Shown: positions 56,138-64,000 of the stretch, piece by piece
Layout: every line of letters begins with the position of its first letter
How positions within the stretch are numbered: the stretch's first letter is position 1
From: Blastocystis sp. Blastoise
Lineage: Eukaryota > Protista > Bigyra: Opalinata
DNA: 64,000 bases
Reading direction: 5' to 3'
Assembly: GCA_039096225.1 (NCBI GenBank)
Contig: JBBPEB010000027.1
Coordinates: forward strand, 62,001-126,000
Notes under the pieces: model-generated
Seen by the model: only the letters and a program-made list of their open reading frames with translations
What the model was told of the DNA's origin: nothing
Databases searched by the model: none
Position numbers and translations under genes: made by a program

Positions 56138-57760
56138 ATTATCAAAAAACAATTATTTTCTTAAGAAAATCGCCTAACAATACTTATCAAATCTTCTTTT
56201 CTATTATATATATATAATAATATTATCTTCAATTTATATATTATATCCAATAATATCTAAGTTTTCTATATTCATAAAAATTAAAATAAATATACATTGT
56301 TTTTGTTTTGATTATTTATTTAATTGCTTGAAATAATTGTATTTTTTAAAATTTCTTTTTCCAAGGAGATTCATAAATAATAATCATTTCTCTTATTAAT
56401 AAAGAATGTGATTCTAGAATATTACAACGAATTGCATTTGAAATGTTCAAGAAATATTTGTTTACAGACTCATTATTCTTTTTGTTTTATTCTTATAATA
56501 ATCTAGATTATAAATAACATATTTCTGAAGAGAAATAAACAAATAATTCTTCATTTAAAAAATCCAATTGATAAATTATGAAATGAAAAAGACATAATAA
56601 GTTTAATCATATCTGAAAATATGATATAAGAAAATAATATGCACGAATAAACAAACATATTCCTTTAATGAACAATATATTTGTTCAAAAAATAGAGAAA
56701 AACTATGATATACTATAGTTATGACTCTATAGTTTACAAAACATAATTAATTGCTAATTATTTAACAATAATAGTTCTAAAAATAAATAAATGAAAAACG
56801 AATAGAGATTATATTTATGAAAATTTCTTATTTTTTGTTATCTTTATGAAACTACATATTTATTTATAAAAACTCATTTTATTATTTGTTTTATACAAGT
56901 TATATAGTTCCAAGTCAAATATATATATTGGTTGTTAAAAAGAAATAATGCATTAACAACAATTATTTTTTCATCTCATTACTTCATATTACTTTTGCTG
57001 CTCAGATATATACAAATACATGAATTAGTATTTTGTATAATAAAAACTATAATCTTGATGATATTTCTTCATCCAGAAACTTATTTTCTTTAAAAAATTA
57101 ATTTTGAATAGTTTAAAAGGATTAAAAAACTTATTTATAAATAATATATGGAAAGAAAATATTGTCTATCTATATAATTATAGATTGTTATCATTTTTAA
57201 TTTGTTTATACATTCATAACTTTAGCACTTTGACATAAAATATATAATACTGTCTAGAAAAATTATTATAGATATCTAAAAATAAGTTGTATGCATTTAT
57301 TTTAATTCTTTTCAATATAACCATTTTTTATCATAAGTTTTCTTCAAGTAAACCTGAAGCGATTTACCATGCCGATTTTATATTTGAACCAAAACAATAA
57401 TAGTTGAATACAATGGTTGTGAAACATGAATCTCATTTCAACTTAAAAAGGAGAAATACGGACACAAGGTGTCTGCGATTTTAATTGGATAATATAGATT
57501 TCTTAGTCCAATAGAATTCAATTTCTCTTCATCGTTTCTCTTTTCTTATTCTGTTAGAATCTAGGAAAAACACATGTTTCATTAGATAACCGTCAAAATG
57601 TTGACTAATTGTGGTAAAAAAATTGGAAAACCAGAGCTTGTCGTTCTCAGTGGGAAAACACACATTTGTTATGGTTTTTATGTAGACGCTACTTTGGTTA
57701 GCAAACCAATTATCAAATAAATCTCAAGTTCTTTTTATTAAAACATTATCAAAAGTGAAA

Positions 57761-64000
<6,240 letters not shown>

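Overview
Very AT-rich, intron-rich eukaryotic DNA with GT-AG introns (typically GTAT...ATAG), often swollen by microsatellites; no prokaryotic features. The gene content (cathepsin L tandem, He_PIG surface proteins, GT61, NDUFS6, GU-rich 3' motifs) resembles an AT-rich Blastocystis-like stramenopile; this assignment is inference only. The main structure is a ~16.1 kb CACTA/EnSpm-type DNA transposon (15035-31168; 12-bp CACTGGTAGGCA TIRs, AT target duplication) inserted into a BTB-family gene remnant. It carries an apparently intact spliced transposase, a divergent unknown gene, and an ~8 kb captured trithorax/KMT2C-D-like Tudor-PHD-bromo-PHD gene with no visible SET domain. Other mobile DNA: an intact Tc1 (DD34E) element separating a cathepsin L gene from its promoter, and a 195-bp TIR element apparently inserted without a TSD. 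Host genes: several BTB/LRR-like family copies, a GT61-like protein, RFC1, a SAM-methyltransferase-TPR protein with a DPF-repeat tail, two cathepsin L genes, NDUFS6, and a large He_PIG surface protein running off the window end, plus a decayed relative of it. Exon boundaries were read by eye and are approximate.
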